From assembly GCF_009914755.1 (NCBI RefSeq), contig NC_060925.1: a stretch of DNA of 64,000 nucleotides; one strand, given 5' to 3'. The stretch comes from the human T2T-CHM13v2.0 reference genome, Homo sapiens. The notes under the pieces were generated by a model. That model was given only the letters and a program-made list of their open reading frames with translations, searched no databases and was not told where the DNA came from. Positions 1 to 14,280 of this stretch are shown here, in pieces; within the stretch, counting starts at the first letter, position 1, and each line of letters starts with the position of its first letter. The position numbers and the translations under genes were made by a program.

Positions 1-304
1 CTCTGTTGCCAAAGAAAACTCTGAAGACCGGTTGGTGTGAAGGTTCTTGCCAAAAAATTTAAAATAAAAATGAAAATTTAACACATCTGACTTTTCTTTT
101 CTGTTTGTTCCTCATACATTAAATATGATATTTAACCAATTATCTCAACTGCCTCTCAACTGCAGAAAGTTAACCTTTATATGGAATGTATTTTAATATT
201 TTATCAATCCAGACCTAGCACCAAAAGATGATTTTATAAATTATTTCATCTACTACATCCTTATTTTCCTTCCACAAGATGGAAATTAGCATATTAATCA
301 CTGC

Positions 305-830
<526 letters not shown>

Positions 831-2164
831 GTCTGTGCTCTTAAAGTCCGATGCCTCCCTACCCCAAGACTCCCTCCGACAAGCAGCAGGGTTCCATAAA
901 AAATAAAGGCAGTCTGTGCAATCCATGCAATCTCAAGGTTATGTGTGCAATTACTGATGGGGGTATAGGCATAGAACATCACACACTTCCTACCTTTCAG
1001 CTAGGATGACAATTTCAGTCTACTTCACAGGGATTTAGAGTACCATTGAAACTGCTTCTGAAGATACGCACTCTTCATATTCAGAGGGAGCCCCAGCCCC
1101 ACTGTGTTACTTTACCAGTGAGAGAGAGGGAACAGCAAGTACCTTCCAGGAGCCTGGCAACTGGCCAGCCTGTGATCAAGACCCTAGATTGGCAAGATTT
1201 AAAAGTGCAATCAGTCAACATGGGGGGAGGGAAAAAGCTAAGTGGTCCATATAGGAATCAAATGCACGAATCTGGCTTCATTAATATGCCTCATTAATTA
1301 ATCAAACAAACTCATCAAAACTGCATTCAAGTTTATGGGCAAATCGAGTTTATGGGCAAAAAGGCAAAGTCACCTTGCAAGTCTTATAAAAGAGAAGTGC
1401 TGTTCATTTGCTCATTTTATTATATTGTTTTTCAAACATCATATCAAATTGCCCCTGGTGTTGAAAGGAGGCCTTGCCTGGAATGCTGGTGGCCCAGGAG
1501 GCAACCCTGGAAGGAGCCTGCCCTGACACTCCTGATCCCGGCCCCTCCCTCAGCACCCACTGCTGGGGCAGTTGCCAACAGCACTGTAAATCCTGGGGGC
1601 TCTCAAAAGAAGAGAGACAGGAAGATTTTTGACATGATTCTGAAAAAACTATGATCCGGTTTGATAGATTTTAATTTCAGTTTAACATGGACCCCAGTTT
1701 TAGATGATCTTATTACATGTGCTCTTTTCAAAACATAAAAGTTAAAAATGAACCTTTAAAAAATCCCACCATCATTTTCACAAATAGCTTGCAGCAATTT
1801 GGTTATTGTTTTCCACCTCCAAAGGGCACAAAGCAATTACTCAGAGGGATAATTACAGGGATAGAAGGCATTGAGGAGCTGAGCCTTCCACCTCCAAATT
1901 CCGTCTCTGCTGGAAACTAAGCAATTGGCTCATAATTGCCAAACTCAACTAATGGGCATGAGAAGCCCAATGTCATTCATGTTGGGTATAAATGCTGAAG
2001 ACATTAATAGCATAAAAAGTAAAATCTGATTTTTATTCACGTACTTGTGTTTTAAAGATACCATAAACCATTCACTGACTTATTAGGGAGGAGGGACATA
2101 ATCCATTAGAAAATAGAGAACAGAGCTTTGATATCATAAAAGCACCATTCTTCCTGTAAGGTTT

Positions 2165-2335
2165 GAAACTTGAGTCAAAATCCCAGCTGCTGATCTCACT
2201 TTGTGCTAGTAGCAACAACCCTCTGAGCCTCGGAGTTCCCATCTGTGAATCCCAGCCATAAGATGATGTTGTTGTGAGGATGACATAAGAAAACATAAGG
2301 AGATGTGCCCAGCACGTAGTAGGGCTCCACAATCA
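2165..2335 (+). mobile_element. MIR fragment
   Basis: Core motif 'ctctgagcctcggagttcccatctgtgaa' and 'gttgtgaggat'. Confidence 0.7.
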
Positions 2336-2526
2336 TCTTTTGAACCTGAATCTGAATAATGTAGGTTGCTCACTTACAGGGATGAAAGGGATGAAATCTA
2401 GGCCACTAAATCACAATATGACATGCAGAAAAAATAAACTTGACTAGGTAAACTTTGATGTCCCACTATTGAAAAGATCACAAGGCATTTATTGGTTTTA
2501 AAAAGAGAAATAACACATACATTACT

Positions 2527-2527
2527 C

Positions 2528-2564
<37 letters not shown>

Positions 2565-2586
2565 GTATATATATATATAAATATAA
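2527..2586. repeat. (TG)n(TA)n compound microsatellite
   Basis: Directly visible. Confidence 0.95.
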
Positions 2587-3069
2587 TAAGACCCAGACAA
2601 ATGTTCTGGAAAGTCCAAGCTCCCCTTATATATACAGTATACAAGGAAAATCTGTAAGAATTCCAGAATGATTTAACGGAATTATCTCAGAAAATCAAAA
2701 CATCTAATATACCCAGCAATCATTTCAACATGACTTCAGGGTCCAAACACCAAAAAACTGTGTCTCAGCCCAATGCTAAAATCTAGTCCTGCTTTGTTTT
2801 ATGTGCTTGAAGAAAAGATGTGTAGTATGAATCTCTATACAACAACTGATATTTTGTCTGTTGTTACTGGGGAGTTTCTTCCTTAAAGTGACACTATGGT
2901 AAACCTTTTTGTGGAAATGATTATCCCTTATTTTATCTTTCGTGTAAATATGGGTCTTCCAGAACCTCATCTGCTCCTGACTGCTCACAATTATCCCTCA
3001 GGAACTCAGGAACCCTGAGAATGGAGAAGGAATCAACATGAACCATAACTCAGGATAGTATCTTTGGGA

Positions 3070-3285
3070 AGAGTCTGGCTCTCAGGATCTTACAGACTCA
3101 GGTTTGAGTTCTGTCTCTGACATGCACAAGCTGCATAAAATTGGATAAGTGACTTAGGCAACATCTTCTTCAGCTGTAAAATGGGTATAATAATCATCTA
3201 GACCTAATAGTTTATAATTTAGATTCGATGAGACTATACCTGGGAAACCCTGAGAATAATAAGTGTCAGTAAGTGTTAGCTGTTG
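3070..3285 (+). mobile_element. MIR
   Basis: 'caggtttgagttctgtctctga...ttggataagtgactta...ctgtaaaatgggtataataat...cagtaagtgttagct'. Confidence 0.75.
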
Positions 3286-3962
3286 CCATCATCCTCATCT
3301 TGGCCAATAGACACTGAGAGATCACCTCACATTAGCACTTAATCCATGTAACCCTTTTGCTCTTCACACAGCCTCCAATATTTATAGTCCATATCAAGCC
3401 CATTGAGGAGTGTAGCTTTCAGACCCAGTCCTATAACACTATCTACTTAGAGAAAAGTGAGAAAAAGAAGGGGAAAAGCTACATGACCTTCTCTTCCTTC
3501 TCCCGTGACATCTAAAGTGTCCATAAAAGTCACAACAGATAATAAAAAGTACATGTTGATTGACAAGTTCCTTGAATTTCACTGATTTCTACAAACCCAG
3601 AAATCAAGAAACCACGTTTCCTGTAGAAAACACTCATTCCACAAAGATGTCACAGGTACCAGAGAAAAGCAGAGAGCAAGGGAATTAATTAATTAGTTTC
3701 AGTTAGGCACCAATCAAATAATACCATTATCTTCCTACCTAATAGCCTGGGACTTAATCACGAGCTACTACTGACCATAAATATTCATATTGGCATTTGA
3801 ATTTCACATAACTGACCTTTTATGTGAAGAAGTCAAGCTTGATCAAGACTGTAGGATACTAATGACATGCAGTGGAAGAGGACACATGAAAAAATATTGA
3901 CAGAACCTTCCCACAAAATACGAAACCAGCACAGAAAAGATTTAAAGGAGGTAAAATAATAC

Positions 3963-4024
3963 CTGATACTGGACTGAGCTGGCACCATAGAGTCTCTCCT
4001 CTCCTCAGCTCCTACCACACTCCA
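3963..4024 (-). ncRNA. Candidate internal exon of a minus-strand non-coding transcript
   Basis: Minus strand: long T-rich tract ending aaatcctaccttcag|TGGAGT...TATCAG|gtatta. Confidence 0.3.
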
Positions 4025-4332
4025 CTGAAGGTAGGATTTAAAAAAAGAAAATTCTTGTACCTTCAAATCTTTTAGTCAGTTACCTTTGTTGATGATAGGG
4101 CCGATGATGGTTAGCTTGGCCTATGGGCTTCCTGCACTGTCTGCTGCTCTCTTTTGGATTTGGAAATCTAATTTGAGTCTCAGGAAGCCCTTATGAGGAC
4201 GAGGGCAGAGCCAAAAGTGAGAAAGTAGGGAAGGCTGGAAGGTCAAAGGAGAGATGAGGAGACCTTTGGGGGAGGTGTCCTCCCAGGGTGTCCAGTACCT
4301 GGCAGGAAGGTGGCAGAGGAGGCTGGACACTG

Positions 4333-4860
4333 CTCATTCTTTCATACATAAAAGGGGCTTTTATTAACTATCTCTGTGTAAAAACTATTCCAGACACTGT
4401 GGAAGTAAAGATGAACAAGACCTGGCCCCCATCCTTAAGGTTATCATTATGTATAGGGGAAACCAATCACACACACAAACATGCATCACTTTTATACAAT
4501 GGGGTTTCATGTGACAAGTGCTAAATGTGAGATGTGAACAATGTCTAAGCGATTCCGGAGGAAAGAATGCCTTAAGGGTATTGGGGGTGGTCAGGAAGGT
4601 GTCTCCAGGAAGATCATATTGTGGTCTAAAGGAGCATGAGTTTGCAAAAGTACAAGTTGAGGTGAGAGTACAGGAAGAGGATAAGTACTCCAGGTGGAAG
4701 CACCAGCATAAGCCCAGGGCTGGAGATAAGAGGCAATCCTGTGAGGATTAGTGCCCCTGAAGAGTGAAGTGGGAAAGACATGTGGAGGGGAAATGCAGGG
4801 AGATGTCTGCAGGCCAGATCACAAGTAACTAAGGGTGCCCTTCCTAGTGTCTGTATATAG
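4333..4860 (-). mobile_element. L2 3' region
   Basis: 'cattctttcat...ttattaactatctctgtg...agacactgtggaagtaaagatgaacaagac' followed by purine-rich L2 antisense sequence. Confidence 0.7.
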
Positions 4861-5407
4861 GACAGAATTTCTCCCCAAGAATGCATTTGGCCAGAATGTC
4901 TCTTGTGCTCTAATATCTCTCAGGAACATGAGAATTTGAATGGGGAGGAGAAGGAGGAGGAATGCCCCACAATTAGGGCTTCAATAAAGTGACATGTAGT
5001 TACAAACAGGAAGAGAAAATATGGCATTTGCTCTTTCAGTTGATTTTGATCTGAAGTCTTAACACTGTCTTAAGTGAATACTATGCCCTCTAATTTTCTG
5101 AAATTGCAAGGTAAATGTTTAAGATGAAAAACAGGGAGTTAGTCCTTTTTTTATTTTTTTCTGAGCTTAACCTTAAGAGTGAAAAAGAGTCTGCCTTCAC
5201 ATCACACCCGCGCAGATCTCTGGATTCATAGGATGAGCAGGGCTGCTGTACTAATCACGTTTTCTTATTGCAGGATGCAGAGCTACATAATAACTGGTGA
5301 GTAACTTCACATTGAGGAGTTAGGTTTCAGAGCTGGCTCTTAGGGATCTGGGATAAAAGCAACTCATAGTCCTTCACAGGGTCTCCAGTTACTGGGAATG
5401 GGCAAAC

Positions 5408-5573
5408 CTTGCTGAAAAAGAGGAAGGAGGTATGTGGGTGTCAACCGGTTTGCAGCTCTGAAGCCACTGGATTTCTCAGCTCCTGCTTTTCTTCTTCCTC
5501 CTCCACCTCTTCCTGCCCTTGCTTCTCCTCCATGAACCCAAGCCCCTGCCCCATCACATGGCTAAAGAAGCAG
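5408..5573 (-). ncRNA. Candidate exon of a minus-strand non-coding transcript
   Basis: Branch-point-like ctaat ~30 nt upstream of gtccctattttgtag|CTGCTT; GAA/GAG-rich body; weak donor CAGCAAG|gtttgc. Confidence 0.3.
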
Positions 5574-5732
5574 CTACAAAATAGGGACAAATTATCATTA
5601 AATTAGCGAGGGAAAAATTGTACATTTGTCTGTTCTAGTGAAATTTTCCCCAAAGGGCTCAAAAAGATCTGGCAAGTGCTCCCTTCCTGCCGCAAATAGG
5701 TGGGAGTGTGTGGCAGTTCCACGTCTACCACA

Positions 5733-5960
5733 TACTAAGCACTTACTACAAGGCTCTAGGCATTGTTAATGCTTTAAATAGATGTCTCAGTTTAACCATC
5801 TCTTCAACCCTACAGTACTATTGTGACCATTTTATGGATGAGAAAATGGAGGTACAGAAAAGTTAGGGGCTTCCCCAGAGCTCACAGCTAGAAATTGGTG
5901 GAGCCAATATTTAAATCTTGGCAGTCTGTCACTAGAACCCTGGACATCTACCACTGTATT
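5733..5960 (-). mobile_element. MIR
   Basis: 'aagcacttacta...ccattttatggatgagaaaatggaggtacaga...tcacagctagaaattggtggagcca'. Confidence 0.8.
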
Positions 5961-7484
5961 ATAAAGCCTCCCAGACTCCCAGAAATATGCCCATGAAATC
6001 TCCTAGATGCTGAAAATGGACCAAATCTCACCAACGCCTTTTGAAGGCAAATTATTCAAATGGATAAATGTGGATTACTATATCTTTAGGGTTTTTATTA
6101 AAACTTGCTTGACTGTGTATAAAATATTCAAGACACATATGAAAGGTAAGAACAAGTGGCCATGTATGTGGTATGTTTATTCTTCCTACACACCAGTGCT
6201 CCAGCTCTGAATATCTGAGCTACTGGACCATTGTCCACTTTGACCTTGAACAATAGGGAGATCCTTCTAGCCATGATTGTTCTTGAATCACCAAACTCCT
6301 CCTTCTGCCCTTGCATAATGTGCCCTGCCCTGCTGACAATGAATGCCCTGATGTACTAAGTCACAACACTGAATATTCCTCTGTCCTCATTTTTTTCAGC
6401 AAACAGGATGAATATCAGCTCCAGCAGAATGCCCACAAGGTTGTATGAAATTTAGCGAGAGAAAATTCTAAAGTAAATGCTGCAGAATTCTATTATACAG
6501 CACTGTTTCCAGAGTGCTCAGCATGTCACATTGCCCTGTAGAGCTGGGAATGCAGAAACAAAGGCCTCCAGTGTTATTTCCATTTGTAAGAAGACTGAAT
6601 TAACGTTGCTAGGGAAACAAAACCTCAGTTTCCTATTCAATTTACTTTCAGCTTATGTGTCACACCTCTTGCAGCCTCGGTGAAACACAATAAAGGAAGA
6701 GAACTACAGTTCTTTTATTAAAAGCTCTTAGCGCACATATTTCCCAGGTAAAGATAATCCACAGGAGGATAGATTTGGGCAAATTTCATCATAAAAGTGA
6801 TTCAACTCCACTAGATTTCGCTATATGGTGGGGGGAAGATTACATAAAAAGATGCCTGTGTGCATTGCTCACTGTACCTAGGAACACCTGACTCAGGAAT
6901 TGCATTTGTCTCAATTTTCAGTGGTCACAGTTACAGCCTAAAAGTCTTGGAACTTGTGTATAACTTATAATGTATATATAACTTGTGTATAAGTTATAAT
7001 GTTTATAATGTGTATAAGTTATAATGTGTGTATAACAATCAAAGAGAGAGAAAATTGGAAGAAATGCAGTAATGAATGGGGTCAGAATGGTGGATAGAGG
7101 GTAGGAAAGCAGGAAAAGAAGAAAGAAAATGGTAGAATCAGCTCAGTAGTTAGTAATGGACCACAAGACTTTCAAGAGGGAGCTGATCAATTGATTCTGA
7201 TGTTGTAAAACATATAGGAGAAATGGGTTACGGCTAACGCAAACCAAACCAAATATCAAGGATGATCTGGAGAGAGGATATGGATCACACTTGGATGAGG
7301 CTGTGTCTGCACAAGCATGGGCTCCTCCTTCCTTTGCCGAAATATGCCGCCATCTTAAGAGCTAAAACCAACAAGCTTTCTGCTGACTGCTCAGATGATA
7401 GTGTCTGCACACTTCCAGGGATTTGTCAAATCCTAGTCTTAATTCATCGTCAGTCCCCAGGGTTCATGAAGTGGTCCATGTTTT

Positions 7485-7773
7485 CCAAATCTCAGTTCAA
7501 ACATCATTTCCCAAGGACATCTACCCCAACACTGCAGACTAGATTCAGTCCATGCTACGCATTCTCAAAACGTGGCTATCATTTTCTCCAATTTACTCAC
7601 AGTTAGAAGTTACGTATTTCTGTGATTTTATTTATCTTTCTCCTTTATTAGACTATAAGCTCCTTGAATATAAGAAGTGTGCTTGTTTCTGCTTAGCATT
7701 GTGTCCTCAGTTCCTACCCAGAATCTGGCACATAGTAGAGTCTCAGCTAATATTTGTTCAATGAATGAATGAA
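7485..7773 (+). mobile_element. L2 (L2a-like) 3' end
   Basis: 'gactataagctccttga...tggcacatagtag...aatatttgttcaatgaatgaatgaatg'. Confidence 0.85.
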
Positions 7774-8196
7774 TGTGTACTAATCAGTTATGACTAAAAG
7801 GTAAACAAATCACCCCATGATGACTAATGATACCAAGCCTTCAAAGGCCAGCAGGAAGTCACAGAATCACAAGTCAACTTCTGACTGAGCTCCTTTCCTA
7901 GGGAAGCACACACTCCCAGACAGAAGTAGACCATATAAAATTTGGATCCATCGTGAATGTTTAATTGCAGCCTTATCTTCCACATACAATGTCAGTATTT
8001 GGCTTGCCTTGTATGACCATGGGAGGCTTTCAGAATTAGTTTCTGAATAACTTCTTAAGGTTGTTTGTTATATTGACTTCAGCCAAAGATCATTGGTATT
8101 TCCTGAGACCGGAAAGATTTGGGCCTTGTGCGTAAACAACATCTTGGATCAGGCACGGAAATTTCAACAGTACTTGGCAATTTCCTAGCAGCTTAC

Positions 8197-8269
8197 AACT
8201 GCTGATCCCGCCAACACAGGGAGTTTAGATGCAGTTTCCTCGTCCTTCTAGTTTCTATAAATGTCCTTC
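8197..8269 (-). ncRNA. Candidate exon of a minus-strand non-coding transcript
   Basis: catcactattctctgtgcctctggccacttgctttctgcag|GAAGGA...CAGTT|gtaagc. Confidence 0.35.
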
Positions 8270-8704
8270 CTGCAGAAAGCAAGTGGCCAGAGGCACAGAG
8301 AATAGTGATGTACTCAAGTTCTCCTTCTGCGGCAGAATTAAGAATTAAATCTAGCTCCAGTGAGGAAGCAGCAGACCATGCATTCAAGACCAGTTACATA
8401 AATGGTTTGACTCACATTATTTTTTTATCAAAAACTGTTTTATTCATTTGTACTATTCCATTTGTAATATCTAGGTAAGTGGGAGATGGGAATGTGTCAA
8501 GAAACAAAGGCTCTGGGGGGTACCACAGAATGCCCATGAGTAAATCTGTAAGACTCCACTGAGTAAATCTTTAAGACTCCACTGATAACTGTTCCTTTCA
8601 TCAATATCAGGAAAAAGGTCACCAAGAAAGACATGGCTCTGAGGGATCCAGAAGCCACTGGATCTTCCCAAAATGAGAATTTCCTCAGAAAGAAGCAGAA
8701 AGAG

Positions 8705-8850
8705 GCCCAGATTTGAGTCAGAGGGATCCAGATATGAATACTGGTTTTGTCACTGAGCTATGTGACCTTGGGCAAGTTACTTCACCTTTCTGAGCCTCAG
8801 TTTCCTTATTTTAAAAGCAGAATAATAATATCTGCCTTCCATCACTGTTT
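8705..8850 (+). mobile_element. MIR
   Basis: 'gctatgtgaccttgggcaagttacttcacctttctgagcctcagtttcctt'. Confidence 0.9.
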
Positions 8851-11039
8851 CAAAATTAGAACTAGCTTGAAGAGAGACTCCAGACTGCTATCTGGCTTGT
8901 AATAAGTTCAACTGTCATTTCACTGGCCATCTCCAAATTGCCCTCACCACTTCTCCATTTTTCTTTGTTATCATTCTGGACCATGCCGGGTATCCTTTAT
9001 TCATGCTACTGTTTTTCATGTAGTTTGCTGAACTTAGAAGTGTCATTTTCTTGGCTTTAATATCTATGATAGTAATGACTTGAATTACCTATTAATTGTA
9101 TTTTGTGGTCTCATGACACGAGAGAGAGCAAAAGCGAAAGTGAGAGAGCTAGAGAGAAAGAAAGAGAGCAAGTAAGGGCAAGCAAAGTCCAGAGACAGCT
9201 ACATAAACCATATTTGATTATGTGCATCTGTCAGAAGTAGGCCAGACCCATGGGATGATCAGGAATAAGTGCAGCTGGAACAGAACCTAGATATCTTTCT
9301 TCTGGTCCCTCGTCACATTCACTCCCACTTCTCTTTCACTCCCCGCTCCATCACTCCAGATTTGGTCCCTCTTCTTTATGATCCCAGCCTTCCACCACGA
9401 CAACTTTAATGAACTTTGGTCCTGGTCCTCATGCCTGTCATCATCTTCTGTCTAGTCGAGAGTGGTTCTCATGTGCTCTCTGGCTCTGTCCAGGCCCAGC
9501 ATGTCCCTTCTCAATTGAGCCCACTTTGGCTTCCAGTGTCTGTCCTTTCCACCTCTCCTCAATAGGTTTCCTAAATCCACCACTGACTCAATGTAGTTCA
9601 GGGCCACTGTTCCTCCTGCCTCTAGTTTTGTCTCCTGACTAGCTCATTCTTCCTTTCCATTTCCTCGAGCCAGGAGGGCCAGAAAAGTCTCTTGTTAATG
9701 ATGTTTGCACACTGCAGGGTTGATCACCACATGCCACCACAGACCTGACCAAATGTGAACTTGACTTAGATCTTGCATGGGCTATGCAGGTATTAAAATC
9801 CGGGCTCCTGCCATCAAGCAGCTTACATATGATTGGCAGATAACACAGACATGTTAACGATATAAAGAAAAAACAGCCACAAAAAGTCTCATTTGAATTT
9901 GAATAATGTTCTCAGTAGATCATTATTTATCTGAGAGAGAAGGCACCAAAAGAATCCAACAAAAAAAATGGCCTAACTGGATTATTTTTATGATTACTTA
10001 ATTTCAAATTTATACTAATATAATGAGTAAAATATGATTTGCTAAAGTACAATGCATAGGGAAAACAGAATCTGCTGAACTAAGAGTGACCTGTCAGTGA
10101 TTCCATAAAGACCAACTTGCATAACAGAGACTGGATGACACAGAATTTAAGGTACAACTGCAAGGATATTGTAACAATCTTGATGGCGATCAATAAGTTG
10201 ATGATTCTTTATTGTTTATATATCTCAAAAATAGCAACTACTTTAAAGCACTGAATTTCAAGTATACACACACAGAGCTACACATACACATAACATGCTA
10301 AGTCATCTTTTGTCAATCATTGTACTTTTTAGAGTTATATATTTCAAACTTCAAAAATATTAGGTAAAACTCACATTGTTAACATTTGGATAATGGCATT
10401 TTCAATGAACAAATAAGGGCTATTGATCAACAAAAAAAGCATATGATTTAAATAACTGAATTGCAAAATTGAGAAAGCACATCAACTTTGCATATTAAGG
10501 ATATGTAGGAAAACGTATTCATAAAGTATCTGCATCTGTTTCAAAGGGGAATGCTTAATTAGAATGCAATGACCTCAATTGATCACCCAGTTTAAATGGT
10601 TCAGGATTGTGTCCTAACTAAAAGCCGCCATGGTAACTAAAAGTGAAGTCAAACAGCTGCTCACTCTGTTGCCTAACTTTGTTCACCTAGTTAAAAGTTT
10701 TCATGCTAGATAATATATTTCCCACATTTTGTACTTATTTTTAGTTTCTAGGAAAAAATGTAGAGGCATTCTGGCTTTTTTCCTGGTACAAGTCATAGTC
10801 CATTTGTCATTATGGTTACAGATAAGAAACATCCAAAACAACAAACAAACAAACAAACGAAACCAGATAAGAAACATCCCAGATATTTCTATGTAAGTCT
10901 AGACATCTAGGTGTGCTGAAAGACACTTCAAATTTGAACATTTCCTCCCACAATGTTTGGTCTATGTGCATTAAAATCCAGTTGAGCAAATCTTTATCTC
11001 AAAGCCTGCTATTTGGAGAATCTGACCTGAAACAAACAT

Positions 11040-11444
11040 CTATATATTTTTTCATAATTGGGGGAATCCCAATATGAGTGAGAGATAAAATCTTATTTAC
11101 AAGAACAGACATTATCACCCTTTACTTCCTGTCAGCTAGAGTGTGAGCTCATGCCTCTGAAATTTGAAGGAATGACCCGGAGGTTCAGGGTCAGAGTTAC
11201 AAAGTTGAGACCCCAGTAGTGAGATCACAAAGGACGCATGGTGACAATGCCAACCAGCAGTGATCTAAGAGGGTAACTCCTATGGCATATCTTTGACTAT
11301 GCTTCATTTCCTTTGGCTTTCATCTATGCCTAGTCTATTATCCTTCAAATGGAGGTATGGGATATTATTCCTATAAATTTATATTCCACTTAAGTTAACC
11401 AGATTAATTTCTGTTTTATTCACTAATAGAATCTTGACTCCCAC
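11040..11444 (+). mobile_element. Old ERVL/MaLR-class LTR-like sequence (probable 5' LTR of the adjacent ERVL internal region)
   Basis: 3' terminus 'cttaagttaaccagattaatttctgtttt...cttgactcccaca' resembles ERVL-class LTR ends and directly precedes internal-region-like sequence. Confidence 0.4.
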
Positions 11445-11624
11445 AAAAATACTAGTAGAAGTTATTGCAATTTACAGAGCTATAGGATAATGAAAGAGGA
11501 ATGGACAAAACAATACATGGAATTTGTTATGTAGCTTATTTGCTGACAAAGGCAGTGAAAATATAGCTAGCATTAAAGGATGGGAATACTGATGCTCTTG
11601 GCACAGATTGATAGCATGACTAAT

Positions 11625-11885
11625 GAAATTGTGACCTGTGATTTGATGATATTAGGGAATTTGTGTTCAATATGTTAGGTATAGTCATGGTATTGTGTTC
11701 ATGGAAGAAAATATTATTGCTTTAAATATGCATATTTCCATATTTGCAATGAAAAGCCATTTTGTCTATAAATAAATTTGACAATATATTTGTAAACATT
11801 AAACATAAGTGGTGTGTGTACATATTTTATTTATGCTATTTTCTCTAGTTTTTATGTGGCTGAAAATGTTTAAAATAGAGATTCT
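11625..11885 (+). mobile_element. L1MC/L1ME 3' UTR fragment
   Basis: 'atttgatgatattagggaatt...ttaggtatagtcatggtattgtgttcatg'. Confidence 0.55.
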
Positions 11886-12699
11886 GAAAATTATTACTTG
11901 TGATTACCTGAGACGATCACAAACCAGTTGGAAGGAGGGGAAACAAGTATCCATTGCCATAGAACAGTAAAAAGTGTCTAAAGAATTGAAGGATGAAGTC
12001 AAATGACAATATTATAACCCTAAATTATTAGTTAAAATTATAAACAATTATAGGGACTAATATAATTTTGTAAAATTGCCTCTAATCTCTTATAGCTACT
12101 TAGCTAAAATAAATGAATAATAAGCACTAAGTTCTACCATGCACATTGTTGAATTACATCCATTGAGTTCACAGATTTCCCAGGCCTTTTTCTGAAAATG
12201 TGGACACTGACAGAGAACACATGAAATGCCCAAAATTGGAATGGAGCACTAATGGGGGGTTTTGGAGGACTTGGAAAATCAAGAACCTACAGCTTCCATT
12301 TAGTTTCCTCTCTCAATGGAAGTAGCTTCTCCCTTGTCTCAAATAATTACCCCTGCCTTTCCCGAGGACCCTGCAACTCTCTAGTCTGTAGAAGTTAATT
12401 TATAATTGGAAGCTATTTCTCTTCATGGCTCATTACCCCACCCTTCACTTTCTCCAGAATCCTAACTAGAATCAGATTCCCAGTGTGCCCCAAATCTGAG
12501 AAGATAAAATCTATGTTACAATAATTGCAAAAATTGTGTAAGTTATATTAGGAAAGACATGGTTTATATATGTGCTAATTTCTGGATTCTGAGAGTGTTT
12601 GACTAAGAAAGGCATTGCAATTTAATTAACTGAATTTATTAATATAGGTGCAGTAAACAGATTTTTAAAGTTAATACACTAGTTCAAGCTGCTGGATCT

Positions 12700-13166
12700 T
12701 ATTTTTTCTTTTCTTTTTTATTATTTATTTATTTATTTTTTTTTACTTTAAGTTCTGGAATACATGGGCAGAATGTGCAGGTTTGTTACATGGATATACA
12801 TGTGCCATGGTGGTTTACTGCACCCATCAACCCATCATCTAGGTTTTCAGCCCTGCATACATTAGGTGTTTGTCCTAATGCGGTCCCTACCCTTGCCCTC
12901 CACCCCTCAACAGGCCCCAGTGTGTGACGTTCCCCTCCCTGTGTCCATGTGTTATCATTGTTCAACTCCCACTTATGAGTGAGAACATGCAGTGTTTGGT
13001 TTTCTGTACTTGTGTTAGTTTACTGAGAATGATGGCTTCCAGCTTCATCCATGTCCCTACAAAGGACATGAACTCATTCTTTTTTTATGGCTGCATAGTA
13101 TTCCATGGTGTATATCTGCCACATTTTCTTAATCCAGTCTATCATTGATGGGCATTTGGTTTGGTT
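12700..13166 (-). mobile_element. L1PA8-like 3' end, 5'-truncated
   Basis: T-rich tail then 'gcacccatcaacccatcatctaggttttcagccctgcatacattagg'. Confidence 0.9.
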
Positions 13167-13576
13167 TCTTTCCTAACTGACTCAATTCTACATTCAACAT
13201 TGGCCACAGGAAATAAAGTTGATATTTCATAAATTTCTTGGAATGTTATTAAGAAAGTTATCCAGAGAGACTTTGAAAGACTGTTGAAGTGAATTTTATC
13301 ATCCACTGACCCTCATACCCAACTATGACCAGTCCTCAAAATACTCCCATTACTAAAACCTTAAAAAATATATTGGTGAAGGGAAACCCAGCGTCTTTAT
13401 AAAGTGTCCAAGTTGTTCTCTGTAGGTGAGAGATGCTGAGGTTGAAATGAGCTCAGTGATTTCAACACGGATTGAAAGACTCAGGGTGGAACTTCACCAC
13501 CAGATATAAGGTGTATATTATTACCAAAATAGATTGCTTGGGTCAGTATGGTAATTAGAATGATCTCACTCAACAG

Positions 13577-14228
13577 CCACAGTTCTCAAACCATATACTA
13601 AGATGCCCAGGGCTCTGCAGCAAAGTCACAGAAGTGGCCCAATATCTCGTAAATGTCAAAGGAAAACACAGTGAAATATACTGCATGTACTACTAGCTCA
13701 AGATAGTTTACAATTTCCACTTTAGATCATGCCACATTCCTTTCAGTAACATCATATCTTTGAAAAACAGGGTTTTGGTGGCTGCTGTGGTAAAAAGTAG
13801 ATACTGACATGAAAATTAATGTTGAATAGAAAATAAGGGTGGTAGTTTTTAATGTGATTCCCCGATTTAAAAAGATAAGTAGTGCCTAACAGGTATATAT
13901 ATTCCACAAGTAAGAAATTAAAATTATTTAAAGATAAAACAAAAATGTACTCTTTTCTTCCAATTTGTGTGTCCTATGTTCTTCATGTACACATCCCATT
14001 GGTAAGTAGTTGAGGTTATTTAAGAATAAAACAAAAATACTTTTGTTCATTTTATACATATTTCTTTATATAATCCACAAGTTATTAGGACATAAATATG
14101 TATGAAGTTGTTTTAGCCCAACTACTTAATAAATGGAACTTTCAGTTACTTAATTTGACCTAGAGGCACCAAAAAAAATTACTGAGACACTATGGACACT
14201 AAGACTGAGAAAGTTTGGAAATCTCTAT
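13577..14228. mobile_element. hAT-Charlie family DNA transposon remnant
   Basis: TIR-like ends 'cacagttctcaaac' and 'gagaaagtttggaaatctct'; subterminal 'ggcaccaaaaaaaattactgagacacta'. Confidence 0.6.
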
Positions 14229-14280
14229 CCACGGATATCTTAATGATGAGTTCATTACTGTTACTAAGAACAAACAACTT

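Noticed and set aside
5443-5556. Short acidic peptide MGQGLGFMEEKQGQEEVEEEEEKQEL... on the minus strand
   Set aside because: Only ~37 codons, produced by a purine-rich low-complexity tract; no homology recognised.
6951-7036. Repeating tgtgtataa(c/g)ttataa units resembling an array
   Set aside because: Degenerate AT-rich minisatellite without unique spacers; not CRISPR-like, and the context is eukaryotic.
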